A DNA stretch of 47,183 bases from Gemmatimonadales bacterium (lineage in GTDB: Bacteria; Gemmatimonadota; Gemmatimonadetes; Gemmatimonadales; GWC2-71-9), in the NCBI GenBank assembly GCA_036006105.1, contig DASYPZ010000009.1, positions 1-47,183 on the forward strand. Direction: 5' to 3'. Below the pieces are notes generated by a model. The model ran no database searches and had not been told where the DNA came from. It saw nothing but the letters and a program-made list of their open reading frames with translations. Shown piece after piece: positions 17,215 to 25,991 of the stretch; within the stretch, counting starts at the first letter, position 1, and each line of letters opens with the position of its first letter. Made by a program: the position numbers and the translations under genes.

Positions 17215-18840
17215 ATGATCCGAACATCTCGGTTGCTGAGGCGGTGGCTTCCGCTGGTATCGCTCGCCGGGCTGCCGTGCTTCGGCCTGCGGGCGCAGAC
17301 GATCGCGCTTGCGGGACGCTGGGACCGCCCCGGGCTCATCCACGACGCGCTCCGCTACGACATCAGCCTGTCGCTCCCGGACACCGGGGGGTCGATCGCG
17401 GCCACCGTCGCCACGCGCTGGCGTCTGGGTTCGACCGCCCCGCTGCGGCTCGACCTCGACGAAGCGATGGCGGTACGGCGGGTTATGGTGAATGGCCGGC
17501 CGGCCGACTGGCACCGCGAGGGGAGCCGGATCGCGATCGGGGTGACCGGCGCGCGGGGCGATACCCTCACCAGCGAAATCCGCTACGACGGCGTCCCCCG
17601 GAATGGACTGGTCCTCCGGGGGGCCGCCGGGACCCGCACCATCTTCGCCGACAACTGGCCCGATCGGGCCCGCTACTGGCTGGCGTCGCAGGACCATCCG
17701 GCCGACAAGGCGGCGGTGACCTGGCGGATCGAGGCACCCGCGGGCTATTCCGTGGTGGCGAACGGGCGCCTGATCGGTGTCGATACCCTCGCATCCGGGC
17801 GGCTCTCCTGGCGCTTTGCCAACGAAGAACCGATCCCCACCTACACCATGGTGGTGGGCCTGGCGCGGTTCGCGACGACTCGGCTCGCCCCGGCCGTGTG
17901 CCGGGTCCGATGCGTCCCGGTCACGGTGCTGACCTATCCCGCGGACTCGGCGGTGGCATTGAGCGGCCCGTTCCGGCGCAGCAGCGAAATCGTCGACTTT
18001 TTCTCGGAGCGCATCGCGCCGTTTCCGTACGGCGAGCTTCGTCATGTCGAATCGTCGACGATTTTCGGCGGGATGGAGAATTCCACCGCCATTTTCTACG
18101 ACGAGAAGTCGATGCACGACGGCCGGATGAGCGAGAACACCGTCGCCCACGAGACCATGCATCAATGGTTCGGGGACGCGGTCACCGAGGCGGACTGGCA
18201 CCACATCTGGCTGTCGGAGGGCTTCGCGACCTACGGCGCCGCCCTGTGGGCCGAGCACGTGGGGGGGGACTCAGGCCTTCGGGCGGAAATGGCCGGCAAC
18301 CGAAGCCGGGTGCTGGCGTCCCCGGCCACCGAGCGGCCGATCCTCGATTCGGCCATCACCGATCGCATGAAGCTGCTCAACACCAACAGTTATGAAAAGG
18401 GCGCCTGGGTGCTCCACTCCCTGCGCGGCATCATGGGAGACACCGCGTTCTTCCGCGGCCTGTCGCGCTACTTCCGGACCTACGCGCACGGCAACGCGCT
18501 CTCGAGCGATTTCGCCCGGATCATGGCGCTGGAGGCCGGCAGGGATCTCGGCTGGTATTTCCGCCAGGCGCTGACCCGGCCCGGCTATCCGGTGCTCGTC
18601 GCCACGACCGAGCTCGACGGCGGACACCTGGTCCTCACCATTAGCCAGACCCAGCCCGCGTCCTGGGGCGTGTACCGGATGCCTAACCTCACGGTGCGCC
18701 TGGGATCCCGCACCCTCACCGTGAACATATCCGAGCGGGTGACTCGGCTGGTGACCCATTGGGAGGGCGACGGTCCGCCGACGCGGGTGGACCTCGATCC
18801 CGATGGATGGTGGCTGTGGAAGGGCGGCGGTCCGCAGTGA
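17215..18840 (+). CDS. M1-family zinc aminopeptidase (aminopeptidase N-like), secreted
   Basis: GGMEN exopeptidase motif (FGGMENSTA) and HETMHQWFGD-x18-E (WLSEGFATY) zinc site. Signal peptide MIRTSRLLRRWLPLVSLAGLPCFGLRAQ. ATG at 17215 is preferred over 17086, which overlaps the kinase. Confidence 0.9.
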   Translation: MIRTSRLLRRWLPLVSLAGLPCFGLRAQTIALAGRWDRPGLIHDALRYDISLSLPDTGGSIAATVATRWRLGSTAPLRLDLDEAMAVRRVMVNGRPADWHREGSRIAIGVTGARGDTLTSEIRYDGVPRNGLVLRGAAGTRTIFADNWPDRARYWLASQDHPADKAAVTWRIEAPAGYSVVANGRLIGVDTLASGRLSWRFANEEPIPTYTMVVGLARFATTRLAPAVCRVRCVPVTVLTYPADSAVALSGPFRRSSEIVDFFSERIAPFPYGELRHVESSTIFGGMENSTAIFYDEKSMHDGRMSENTVAHETMHQWFGDAVTEADWHHIWLSEGFATYGAALWAEHVGGDSGLRAEMAGNRSRVLASPATERPILDSAITDRMKLLNTNSYEKGAWVLHSLRGIMGDTAFFRGLSRYFRTYAHGNALSSDFARIMALEAGRDLGWYFRQALTRPGYPVLVATTELDGGHLVLTISQTQPASWGVYRMPNLTVRLGSRTLTVNISERVTRLVTHWEGDGPPTRVDLDPDGWWLWKGGGPQ

Positions 18841-19652
18841 GTCGGCGGTTTGCCTGGGGCCGGGTCGCGCGATGCGTCGTTTTCCTGGGGACCGGTGGTC
18901 TGCTCTCCGGGTGTCGCGGCGTCACCCCCCTGACCAACCGCATCGCGGTTGGCCAGGACGCTTTCGTGATCGCCGTGGGTGAGGGTCCCGACGGTCTGAC
19001 CGATCTCTACGCGGCACCCGCGGGTTCGGGCAGCTTCACCCGGCTCACCTTCAACCGTCCCGAGGAGCGGCTGCCCAAGATTTCGCCCGGCGGCGACATG
19101 GTGGCGTTCCTGCGCGCGGCCCGGGGCGTCAGCGGCCCACCCTGGTCCCTGGTCATCCTGAATCTGCTCAACAACGCCGAGCGGGCCATGCCGCTGCCTG
19201 CGGATGCCGGCGGGCCCGATCGACTGGGATGGAGCCGGGATGGAACCCGGGTGGTCGTTTTTGCGGGAGGATACTACGTGATGGCGGCTCCTCCGGGGGC
19301 GTCGTCGCTCCAGCGGTTTTCGCCCGACTCAACGGCGCTGGCGGATTCGATCTCCCGGGAGCTGCTGGGGGAACCGCCGCGCGCCATGGTGAGCGACTGT
19401 CCGGACGGCGGCGCCTGTATCGTGGCCATGACCGGCGAGATCACCCGGCTCGATCCCGCCGCGCGGAACCCGGTCCGCTGGGGAGCCGATTCCGTGGGAT
19501 ATTTTCTGCCCGATGGATTCGAGGTGCGGCCGCTGGCCGGCGGACGCTCCAGGCGTCCCGAATGGCCCGGCGCGCCGGCGCACCTGCGCCAGCTCACCCA
19601 GCATCCCGGTGCTCAGGTCACCACTTCGAGCGGCGTATCCGGAATTCGGTAG
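18837..19652 (+). CDS. Lipoprotein with PD40/TolB-like beta-propeller repeats (hypothetical)
   Basis: GTG at 18837 overlaps the peptidase stop (GTGA). Lipobox-like LLSGC. Segments such as PKISPGGDMVAF and LGWSRDGTRVV resemble PD40 repeats. No confident family call. Confidence 0.55.
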   Translation: MSRRFAWGRVARCVVFLGTGGLLSGCRGVTPLTNRIAVGQDAFVIAVGEGPDGLTDLYAAPAGSGSFTRLTFNRPEERLPKISPGGDMVAFLRAARGVSGPPWSLVILNLLNNAERAMPLPADAGGPDRLGWSRDGTRVVVFAGGYYVMAAPPGASSLQRFSPDSTALADSISRELLGEPPRAMVSDCPDGGACIVAMTGEITRLDPAARNPVRWGADSVGYFLPDGFEVRPLAGGRSRRPEWPGAPAHLRQLTQHPGAQVTTSSGVSGIR

Positions 19653-20266
19653 GCCACCGCCTGCCAGGCCGCTTCCAGGGCGAGCTCGACGTTGGGATGG
19701 TCCACACCCCATTCTCCAGCCGCCACCCGCTCGGCGACGAATCCCGCCAGCGCCAGCCAGACGGCGGCCCACAGCTCCGCGGAGCCGGGGCGGATCCGGC
19801 CGCGCTGCTTGCCGGCCGCCATGATCCGGTGTAACCCGCCGCGGAATTCCCTGATGGCCTGGCGGGTGCCGTCTTCGTGCAGCGTCTCCTCGGGCGGACG
19901 AAGGAGCATTCGCACCATCGCCGGATCCCGCACCGCCTCCCTGGCCAGCTCGCGGCCGATGAGTCCCAGCGCCACTTCGGCGTCGAGCCGGTGATCGTTG
20001 TCGTCGGTCGAGACCAGGGTCAGACCCCAGGTCACGGCCTCCAGCGCGGCGGCGTTGAGCAGGGCGTCCTTGCCCGAGAAGTGGCGATAGATGGTCGCCT
20101 CCGCGACACCGGCCCGTCGCGCCAGCTCCGGCGTCGTGGTGGCGCGGAACCCCTGCTCGGTGAACAGCTCGAGCGCCGCGCGGACCAGCCGCGCGCGAGT
20201 GGCCCGCCCGGTGGGGCGGGAACGGGAGCGAATCGGTGTGCGGGGAGGCGACGCGGGAACAGACAT
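19613..20266 (-). CDS. TetR/AcrR-family transcriptional regulator
   Basis: N-terminal HTH RARLVRAALELFTEQGFRATTTPELARRAGVAEATIYRHFSGKDALL. ATG at 20266 (MSVPAS...) is preferred over the TTG at 20275. The 3' end overlaps the convergent lipoprotein gene by 40 nt. Confidence 0.9.
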   Translation of the reverse strand: MSVPASPPRTPIRSRSRPTGRATRARLVRAALELFTEQGFRATTTPELARRAGVAEATIYRHFSGKDALLNAAALEAVTWGLTLVSTDDNDHRLDAEVALGLIGRELAREAVRDPAMVRMLLRPPEETLHEDGTRQAIREFRGGLHRIMAAGKQRGRIRPGSAELWAAVWLALAGFVAERVAAGEWGVDHPNVELALEAAWQAVAYRIPDTPLEVVT

Positions 20267-20426
20267 GGTCGGCAAATATATCCGTTCCGGACAATACCGC
20301 GAGCATGAATTCTGAATGAAGACCTCCCCAGCAGCCCAACGCCGCGCCGTCGGCCGACAAGGTCCGACTCTTGCCCTTCAACCGTCACGGTCGGGAGTGG
20401 GATGATTCGCGGGCCCCGGAGAGATT

Positions 20427-21554
20427 ATGCGTCGTTTACAATTGGTGGCTGCGGGAGTCCTGGTCGTGGCCTGCAGAGCGCCCGCGTCCGAGATCCGGAT
20501 CGGGTTGCTCGTGGGCGCGACCGGGGAGCACCGGCTGCCACCGGAAGCGGCGATGATCCAGTCGGCCCAGCTGGCCGAGAGTCTGGTGAATGTCCCGGGG
20601 GGCCTCATGGTCGGAGGCGTGCCGCACCGGGTCCGGATCATTCTTCGCGATATCGGAGAACAGGCCGATCTCGCGACCAGCCAGGCGCGTGACCTGCTCA
20701 ATCGGGACAGCGTTGTGGCACTGGTGGGACCGCAGTACAGCCGGGATGCCATTCCGGTGGCCAGCCTGGCGCAACAGGCCAGGGTCCCGATGATCAGCCC
20801 CATGTCGACCCATCCCGAGACGACCTTCGATAAACCGTACGTCTTCCGGATTGCATTCATGGACGATGTGCAGGGCCGGGCGCTGGCCAGTTTTGCCCGG
20901 GAAACGCTCCATGCCCGGCGGGCCGCGCTGCTCTACGATGTGGCGCTCGACTACAGCCGGAATCTCTCCCGGATCTTCGCGGAAGAATTCACCGCCCGGG
21001 GTGGCAGCGTGGTCAGCGACCAGCATTTCACCAGCGACCAGGCCGAAGATTTCACCGCGCAGCTTCTCCGGATCAAGGCCAGCCATCCCGACGTGATCTT
21101 TGCGCCAAACTTTTCCAGTGCGGATTCGATACAGCTGGTCCAGGCCCGCCGGCTCGGACTCGGAATCACCTTCCTGGGCAGCGACTCCTGGGATCCGGCA
21201 TCGTTGCGAAAAGTTCCGGACGCCGAGGGAGCGTACTATGCGGTCCAATGGCACTTCACCGTCGCGACGCCGGAATCGAACAGCTACGTCGCCCACTACC
21301 GCCAGGCGTATCACACCACACCGGACGCCACCGGGGCTTCCACCTGGGACGCGTTCCAGGTCCTCTTCGCGGCGATCCAGAGCGCCGGCTCGCTGCAGCC
21401 GGATTCGATCCAGCGGGCCATGACCAGAACCGAGGGATTCCGCGGTGTGACCGGCATTCTGAACTACCGGAACGGCGGGAATCCCCGTATGAGCGTGGAT
21501 ATCGTGCGATTCGTGAATGGACAGGAACAATTCCAGCAGCGGATCGACCCGTGA
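20427..21554 (+). CDS. Periplasmic solute-binding protein, LivJ/Peripla_BP_6-like (type I PBP)
   Basis: Signal peptide MRRLQLVAAGVLVVAC. IRIGLLVGATG ... VVALVGPQYSRDAIPVA ... DVIFAPNFSSADSIQLVQARRLGL is typical of branched-chain amino acid/amide binding proteins. GGAGAG lies upstream of the ATG. No ABC permease or ATPase genes are nearby. Confidence 0.85.
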   Translation: MRRLQLVAAGVLVVACRAPASEIRIGLLVGATGEHRLPPEAAMIQSAQLAESLVNVPGGLMVGGVPHRVRIILRDIGEQADLATSQARDLLNRDSVVALVGPQYSRDAIPVASLAQQARVPMISPMSTHPETTFDKPYVFRIAFMDDVQGRALASFARETLHARRAALLYDVALDYSRNLSRIFAEEFTARGGSVVSDQHFTSDQAEDFTAQLLRIKASHPDVIFAPNFSSADSIQLVQARRLGLGITFLGSDSWDPASLRKVPDAEGAYYAVQWHFTVATPESNSYVAHYRQAYHTTPDATGASTWDAFQVLFAAIQSAGSLQPDSIQRAMTRTEGFRGVTGILNYRNGGNPRMSVDIVRFVNGQEQFQQRIDP

Positions 21555-24235
21555 CCACCTGGTTCTCCCGGAACGCCCGGAGCCTCACCGGCCGGCTGGT
21601 CAGCACCTTTCTCGGCGTCTCGATGACGATCGTGCTCCTGGTCGCGATCGTGGCCTACCGGCAGGCCCGCACGGCCCTCCGGGAGCAGGTGCTCGAGCGC
21701 CTTCTGGCCATCGCCGATTCCCGGGAACAGCAGCTCGACCGCTGGATCGACGGGCAACGGGTCGAAGTGAGGTTTCTCGCCGGTCTTCCCCGCCTGCGCG
21801 ACCAGCTGCCCGATCTCCTGGGGGAGCGAGGGGTGGTCCACCAGGACAGCACCCGCAAGGGACTCACCACCTATTTCCGGAGAACCCAATCGCAGAAGGG
21901 GGAGTTCTCCGAGGTCTTCGTGCTCTCGGTGCCGGGTGGACAGGTGGTGGCGTCGACCGATTCCACGCGACTGGGCGATTACCGGGTCACGGACACCTAC
22001 TATGTCGAGGGCCAGAAGGGCAGCTTCGTCCAGAACGTCTACCCCTCCGCGGCCCGTCCCGAAGGCACTCCGACACTCACGATCTCCACCCCGCTTCCCG
22101 ACTCGCACGGACGCGTGCGCGCGGTCCTCGCCGCGCACCTGAATCTCCAGGAGATTGATTCGATCTTTACCGATCGGGGCGGACTCGGCGCCACCGGGGA
22201 GTCCTACCTCACCGACCGGTTCCACGTCTTCGTATCCTCCACCCGGTTCGGACGGCCCGCCTATCCCCGCGGAGTCAGGACCGTCGCGGTGAACCGCGCG
22301 GCCGATCAGCACGAGTCGGGAACCGCGACCTATCTCGACTATACCGGGGTTCCGGTCCTCGGCGTGTACCGATGGCTCCCCAAACGCGACCTGGCGCTGA
22401 TCGTGGAGATGGACACCGAGGAGGCCTTCGCGCCGGCCAGCCGCCTGCTGTCCACGATGATCATCGTGGGAGTGCTGTCGATCCTGGTCCTGACGGTCCT
22501 GGTCATCGCCGCGGCCCGGCGCATCGCCCGGCCGGTAGTTGCGATCGCGGGGGCGGCGGACCAGGTGGCGGCGGGCGACTTCAGCGCGGTGGCTCCGGTG
22601 GAGACCCGGGACGAGGTGGGGCGCCTGGCGGTGGCGTTCAACAAGATGACCCAGCGTCTGAGCCGGCATTACGATGATCAGCAAGAGCACGCCCATGCGC
22701 TGGAGCACAGCAAGCGCCTGCTCCAGGAGATCATCGACAGCAGCAACTCGTTCATCAGCGTCACCGACCTCGAGGAACGCATCATCCTGGCCAATCGGCC
22801 GTTTACCGAGCTGATCGGCCGGGAGCCGGCGGAGATCATCGGCCGGCCCTTGCTGGAAATCGTTCCGACCGTGAACTCCGAGCAACGGGCCGCGGTCATG
22901 GCGCAGGCGATGGCCACCACCCGCCCGGTCGAGATGGAAGAGACACTCGATCTGGGCGGTGTCCTCCGGACCGTGCTGCTGTCCCGCGTCATGCTCCGAG
23001 GGGTCGATGGGGCACCCTATGCCTGCTGCTCCATCGCCACAGACATCACCCGGATCAAACAGGGGGAGGAGGAGCGCCGGCTCTTTGCCGAGCAGCTGCA
23101 GCACACCCAGAAGCTGGAGAGTCTCGGCGTCCTGGCCGGCGGAATCGCGCACGATTTCAACAACCTGCTCACCTCGATTCTGGGCCACGCCAACCTGGTG
23201 CTCGACGAGCTGCCGGAGGGTTCCCCCTCCGGTGGAGACGTCACCCGGATCGTGCAGGCCGCCCAACGCGCGGCGGAGATGACCAACCAGATGCTCGCCT
23301 ATGCAGGGCGGGGCAAGTTCGTGCTGGCCCAGGTGAATCTCAACGCGCTGGTCACGGAAATGTCCCAGCTCCTCCAGATCTCGATCTCCAAGAAGGTCGA
23401 GCTCTCCTACGAGATGGCGCCGGGACTCCCCGGTATCGAGGGCGATCCGTCGCAGCTTCAGCAGGTGGTGATGAACCTGATCACCAACGCGGCCGAAGCG
23501 ATCGGCGACCGGCCGGGCACCATCACGCTCCGGACCGAATCGATCCATGTGGCGGCGGGCCAGGAGCCGGCGAGTGTGGGGCACGAGCCGCTCCCCGAGG
23601 GGGAGTACGTCGGACTCATCGTCGCCGATACCGGCTCCGGGATGGACCCTGCCACGGTCGCGAGAATCTTCGAGCCCTTTTTCACCACCAAGTTCACCGG
23701 ACGCGGTCTGGGCCTGGCCGCGGTACAGGGCATCATCCGGAGCCATCGGGGCAGTCTGACGGTGGACAGCACCCCCGGTCGGGGAACGACCTTCACCGTG
23801 TTGTTCCCCGCGGTCAAGGCGAGCCCACCCGTCGCCCGGCCCTCTCCGGCCGAGGGAGCGGCGCGAAGCAGTTCCGGCACCGTCCTCATCGTGGACGACG
23901 AGGATTCGATCCGGAGCTTCGCCCGCCGCGCGCTGGAGCGGGCGGGTTACAAGGTGCTGGCCGCCTCGGACGGCGTCGCGGCGGTGGATTTGTTCCGCGA
24001 GAACCCCGGCACGATCGGCGTGGTGGTACTGGACCTGACCATGCCCGTCATGGACGGCCGGCAGGTGCTCGGGCATCTCCGCGCCCTCGATCCCGGCGTG
24101 CGGGTGGTTCTCTCCAGCGGGTTCAGCGAGCAGGAGCTGTCGGTGCGGGGCGAGGCCGCCGGGGAGCCCTTCCTGCAGAAGCCCTATGAGCTGAGCGAGC
24201 TGCTGGAGAAGGTCCGCGGGATGATGCCACAATAG
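21551..24235 (+). CDS. Hybrid sensor histidine kinase: TM - Cache-like periplasmic domain - TM - HAMP - PAS - HisKA - HATPase_c - receiver
   Basis: GTG at 21551 overlaps the binding-protein stop (GTGA). Cache-like GESYLTDRF. HAMP (IARPVVAIAGAADQVAAGDF ... AFNKMTQRL). PAS (SFISVTDLEERIILANRPFTELIGR). H-box GIAHDFNNLL, N-box NLITNAAEA, G-boxes DTGSGM and GRGLGLA. REC VLIVDDE ... VVLDLTMPVMDG ... KPY. Confidence 0.92.
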   Translation: MTTWFSRNARSLTGRLVSTFLGVSMTIVLLVAIVAYRQARTALREQVLERLLAIADSREQQLDRWIDGQRVEVRFLAGLPRLRDQLPDLLGERGVVHQDSTRKGLTTYFRRTQSQKGEFSEVFVLSVPGGQVVASTDSTRLGDYRVTDTYYVEGQKGSFVQNVYPSAARPEGTPTLTISTPLPDSHGRVRAVLAAHLNLQEIDSIFTDRGGLGATGESYLTDRFHVFVSSTRFGRPAYPRGVRTVAVNRAADQHESGTATYLDYTGVPVLGVYRWLPKRDLALIVEMDTEEAFAPASRLLSTMIIVGVLSILVLTVLVIAAARRIARPVVAIAGAADQVAAGDFSAVAPVETRDEVGRLAVAFNKMTQRLSRHYDDQQEHAHALEHSKRLLQEIIDSSNSFISVTDLEERIILANRPFTELIGREPAEIIGRPLLEIVPTVNSEQRAAVMAQAMATTRPVEMEETLDLGGVLRTVLLSRVMLRGVDGAPYACCSIATDITRIKQGEEERRLFAEQLQHTQKLESLGVLAGGIAHDFNNLLTSILGHANLVLDELPEGSPSGGDVTRIVQAAQRAAEMTNQMLAYAGRGKFVLAQVNLNALVTEMSQLLQISISKKVELSYEMAPGLPGIEGDPSQLQQVVMNLITNAAEAIGDRPGTITLRTESIHVAAGQEPASVGHEPLPEGEYVGLIVADTGSGMDPATVARIFEPFFTTKFTGRGLGLAAVQGIIRSHRGSLTVDSTPGRGTTFTVLFPAVKASPPVARPSPAEGAARSSSGTVLIVDDEDSIRSFARRALERAGYKVLAASDGVAAVDLFRENPGTIGVVVLDLTMPVMDGRQVLGHLRALDPGVRVVLSSGFSEQELSVRGEAAGEPFLQKPYELSELLEKVRGMMPQ

Positions 24236-24318
24236 CCACCTTCGCGCGTTGAATGGGGAGCCTGAGGCGGCTAGTTTTCAGGGCTTTCCTTCCTTGACGC
24301 GTTCACGGCGGAGTTGAC

Positions 24319-25461
24319 ATGAAGATGCTCGTTCTCGGGGCCGGCCTGCAGGGCTGCGCCGCGGCGCACAACCTGCTGCAGCACGATACCGTGGCGCAGG
24401 TCACACTCGCCGACTTGCAGCCCAATCGCCTGCCCCCGTTTCTCCAGCCCTATCTCGGCAAGCGCCTCCGGGTGGTGTCGCTCGATGCGAGCGACTTTAC
24501 CGCGGTGGTGGATCAGATGAAGGGCCACGATTCCGCCCTCTGCGCCCTGCCCTACTATTTCAACGAGCCGATGACCCGCGCCGCCATCGAGGGCGGATGC
24601 CACTTCTGCGACCTGGGCGGAAATACCGAGATCGTCTTTCAGCAGAAGAAGCTGCACGACGCCGCGACCGCGGCCGGCGTGTCGGTGATCCCCGACTGCG
24701 GCCTGGCGCCCGGCATGGTGAACATCCTCGCGGCGGAGGGTATTCGCCGGCTCGATCGGGCGCGTTCGGTGCGGATCTACGTCGGCGGTCTCCCCCAGAA
24801 ACCCGAGCCGCCGCTCAACTACCAGATCGTGTACTCCCTGGAAGGGGCGCTGGACTACTACACCACCCCCTCGTGGGTGCTCCGGGACGGCAAGGCACTG
24901 CAGGTGGACGCACTCTCCGAGCTGGAGCCGCAGGAATTCCCGGCTCCGGTCGGGATGCTGGAGGCCTTTCACACCGGAGGCGGCATCAGCACCATGCCGT
25001 TCGCGTTCGAAGGCAAGATCGACAGCATGGAATACAAGACGCTCCGCTACCCGGGGCACGTGGCGATCATGCATCCGATCCGGGAGCTGGGACTCATCTC
25101 CAATACGCCCATTCCGGTCAAGGGACACGCGGTGGTGCCGCGCGATGTGTTCATCGCGGCGGTGCAGCCCAAGCTGTACAAGCCCGAAGGCCGGGATCTG
25201 GTGGCGCTGCGCATCGTCGTGGCGGGAGAAAAGGCCGGCCGGCCGTTGAAGGTGACCTTCGAGCTGCTGGACTACTACGATCCCGCGCTCGGGATCAGCG
25301 CCATGATGCGCACCACCGGATACTCGCTGTCGCTGACCGGATTGATGCAGGCCAACGGCACCGTTTCCGCCCGGGGCGTGCACACGCCCGACGAGGCCAT
25401 GCCCTTCGCGCCCTATGTCGAGGGTCTGAAGCGGTTCGGCGTGGAAATCAGAGACCTGTGA
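24319..25461 (+). CDS. Saccharopine dehydrogenase-family NAD(P) oxidoreductase
   Basis: Rossmann start MKMLVLGAGLQGCAAAHNLL. LPYYFNEPMTRAAIEGGCHFCDLGGN and DCGLAPGMVNILA are typical of the Sacchrp_dh family. 380 aa. Substrate not assignable. Confidence 0.8.
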   Translation: MKMLVLGAGLQGCAAAHNLLQHDTVAQVTLADLQPNRLPPFLQPYLGKRLRVVSLDASDFTAVVDQMKGHDSALCALPYYFNEPMTRAAIEGGCHFCDLGGNTEIVFQQKKLHDAATAAGVSVIPDCGLAPGMVNILAAEGIRRLDRARSVRIYVGGLPQKPEPPLNYQIVYSLEGALDYYTTPSWVLRDGKALQVDALSELEPQEFPAPVGMLEAFHTGGGISTMPFAFEGKIDSMEYKTLRYPGHVAIMHPIRELGLISNTPIPVKGHAVVPRDVFIAAVQPKLYKPEGRDLVALRIVVAGEKAGRPLKVTFELLDYYDPALGISAMMRTTGYSLSLTGLMQANGTVSARGVHTPDEAMPFAPYVEGLKRFGVEIRDL

Positions 25462-25991
25462 CCAACCCCGCCGACAGCTGGACCCGGGCGGTGCCCTGGC
25501 CGACCTTCCTCCGGGCCGGCATGGAGCACTACGATCTCTGGCGCGGCATCTACGACCGGGTGGTCCTGCCCGGCTGGGCCATCGAGGAATTCATGCGCTC
25601 GCCGGTGCGAAAGCTCATGGTCATCGCGGCCGACTGGTGTGGAGACGCCGCGAACACGGTGCCGGTGCTGGCCCGCCTGGCCGACCTGATCCCCGGCATG
25701 GAGCTCCGGATCCTCCCCCGGGACGATCACCCGGAGGTGATGAACGCGTATCTCACGAACGGGACCCGGTCCATTCCCATCGCCATCGCCCTGGACGAGT
25801 CGATGGGGATCCTGGGCCATTGGGGCCCTCGGCCGACGGCGCTGCAGGAGTGGGTGATCGCCCATAAAAAACTGATGCCGAGCCCGCAGCGTTATGCGTA
25901 TGCCCGGCAATGGTACGCGAAGGACAAGGGAGAGACGACGCTGCGGGAACTGCTGGCGGCAATTACCGGAAAAGGCGCCCCGGCATCCTAG
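25458..25991 (+). CDS. Thioredoxin-fold protein (thioredoxin-family, single-Cys WCGDA motif)
   Basis: KLMVIAADWCGDAANTVPVLARL ... RSIPIAIAL fits a thioredoxin fold, with the second active-site Cys replaced by Ala. GTG at 25458 overlaps the upstream stop (GTGA). A later Met (MEHYDLW) is an alternative start. Confidence 0.6.
   Translation: MTNPADSWTRAVPWPTFLRAGMEHYDLWRGIYDRVVLPGWAIEEFMRSPVRKLMVIAADWCGDAANTVPVLARLADLIPGMELRILPRDDHPEVMNAYLTNGTRSIPIAIALDESMGILGHWGPRPTALQEWVIAHKKLMPSPQRYAYARQWYAKDKGETTLRELLAAITGKGAPAS

Noticed and set aside
19329-20381. 350-aa minus-strand ORF overlapping the TetR gene in another frame
   Set aside because: No motifs. The TetR frame contains a textbook HTH, so the alternative frame is a composition artefact.
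21464-24232. 922-aa ORF antisense to the hybrid histidine kinase
   Set aside because: High-GC artefact. The plus-strand frame carries complete HAMP/PAS/HisKA/HATPase/REC motifs.
24236-24318. Possible terminator after the histidine kinase (AGCC-tgaggc-GGCT followed by AGTTTTC)
   Set aside because: The stem is only 4 bp, too weak to call. The spacer more likely holds the promoter and RBS of the saccharopine dehydrogenase-like gene.
24236-24318. Lysine riboswitch upstream of the saccharopine dehydrogenase-like gene
   Set aside because: The spacer is only 83 nt, far too short for an L-box, and no multi-stem junction is apparent.
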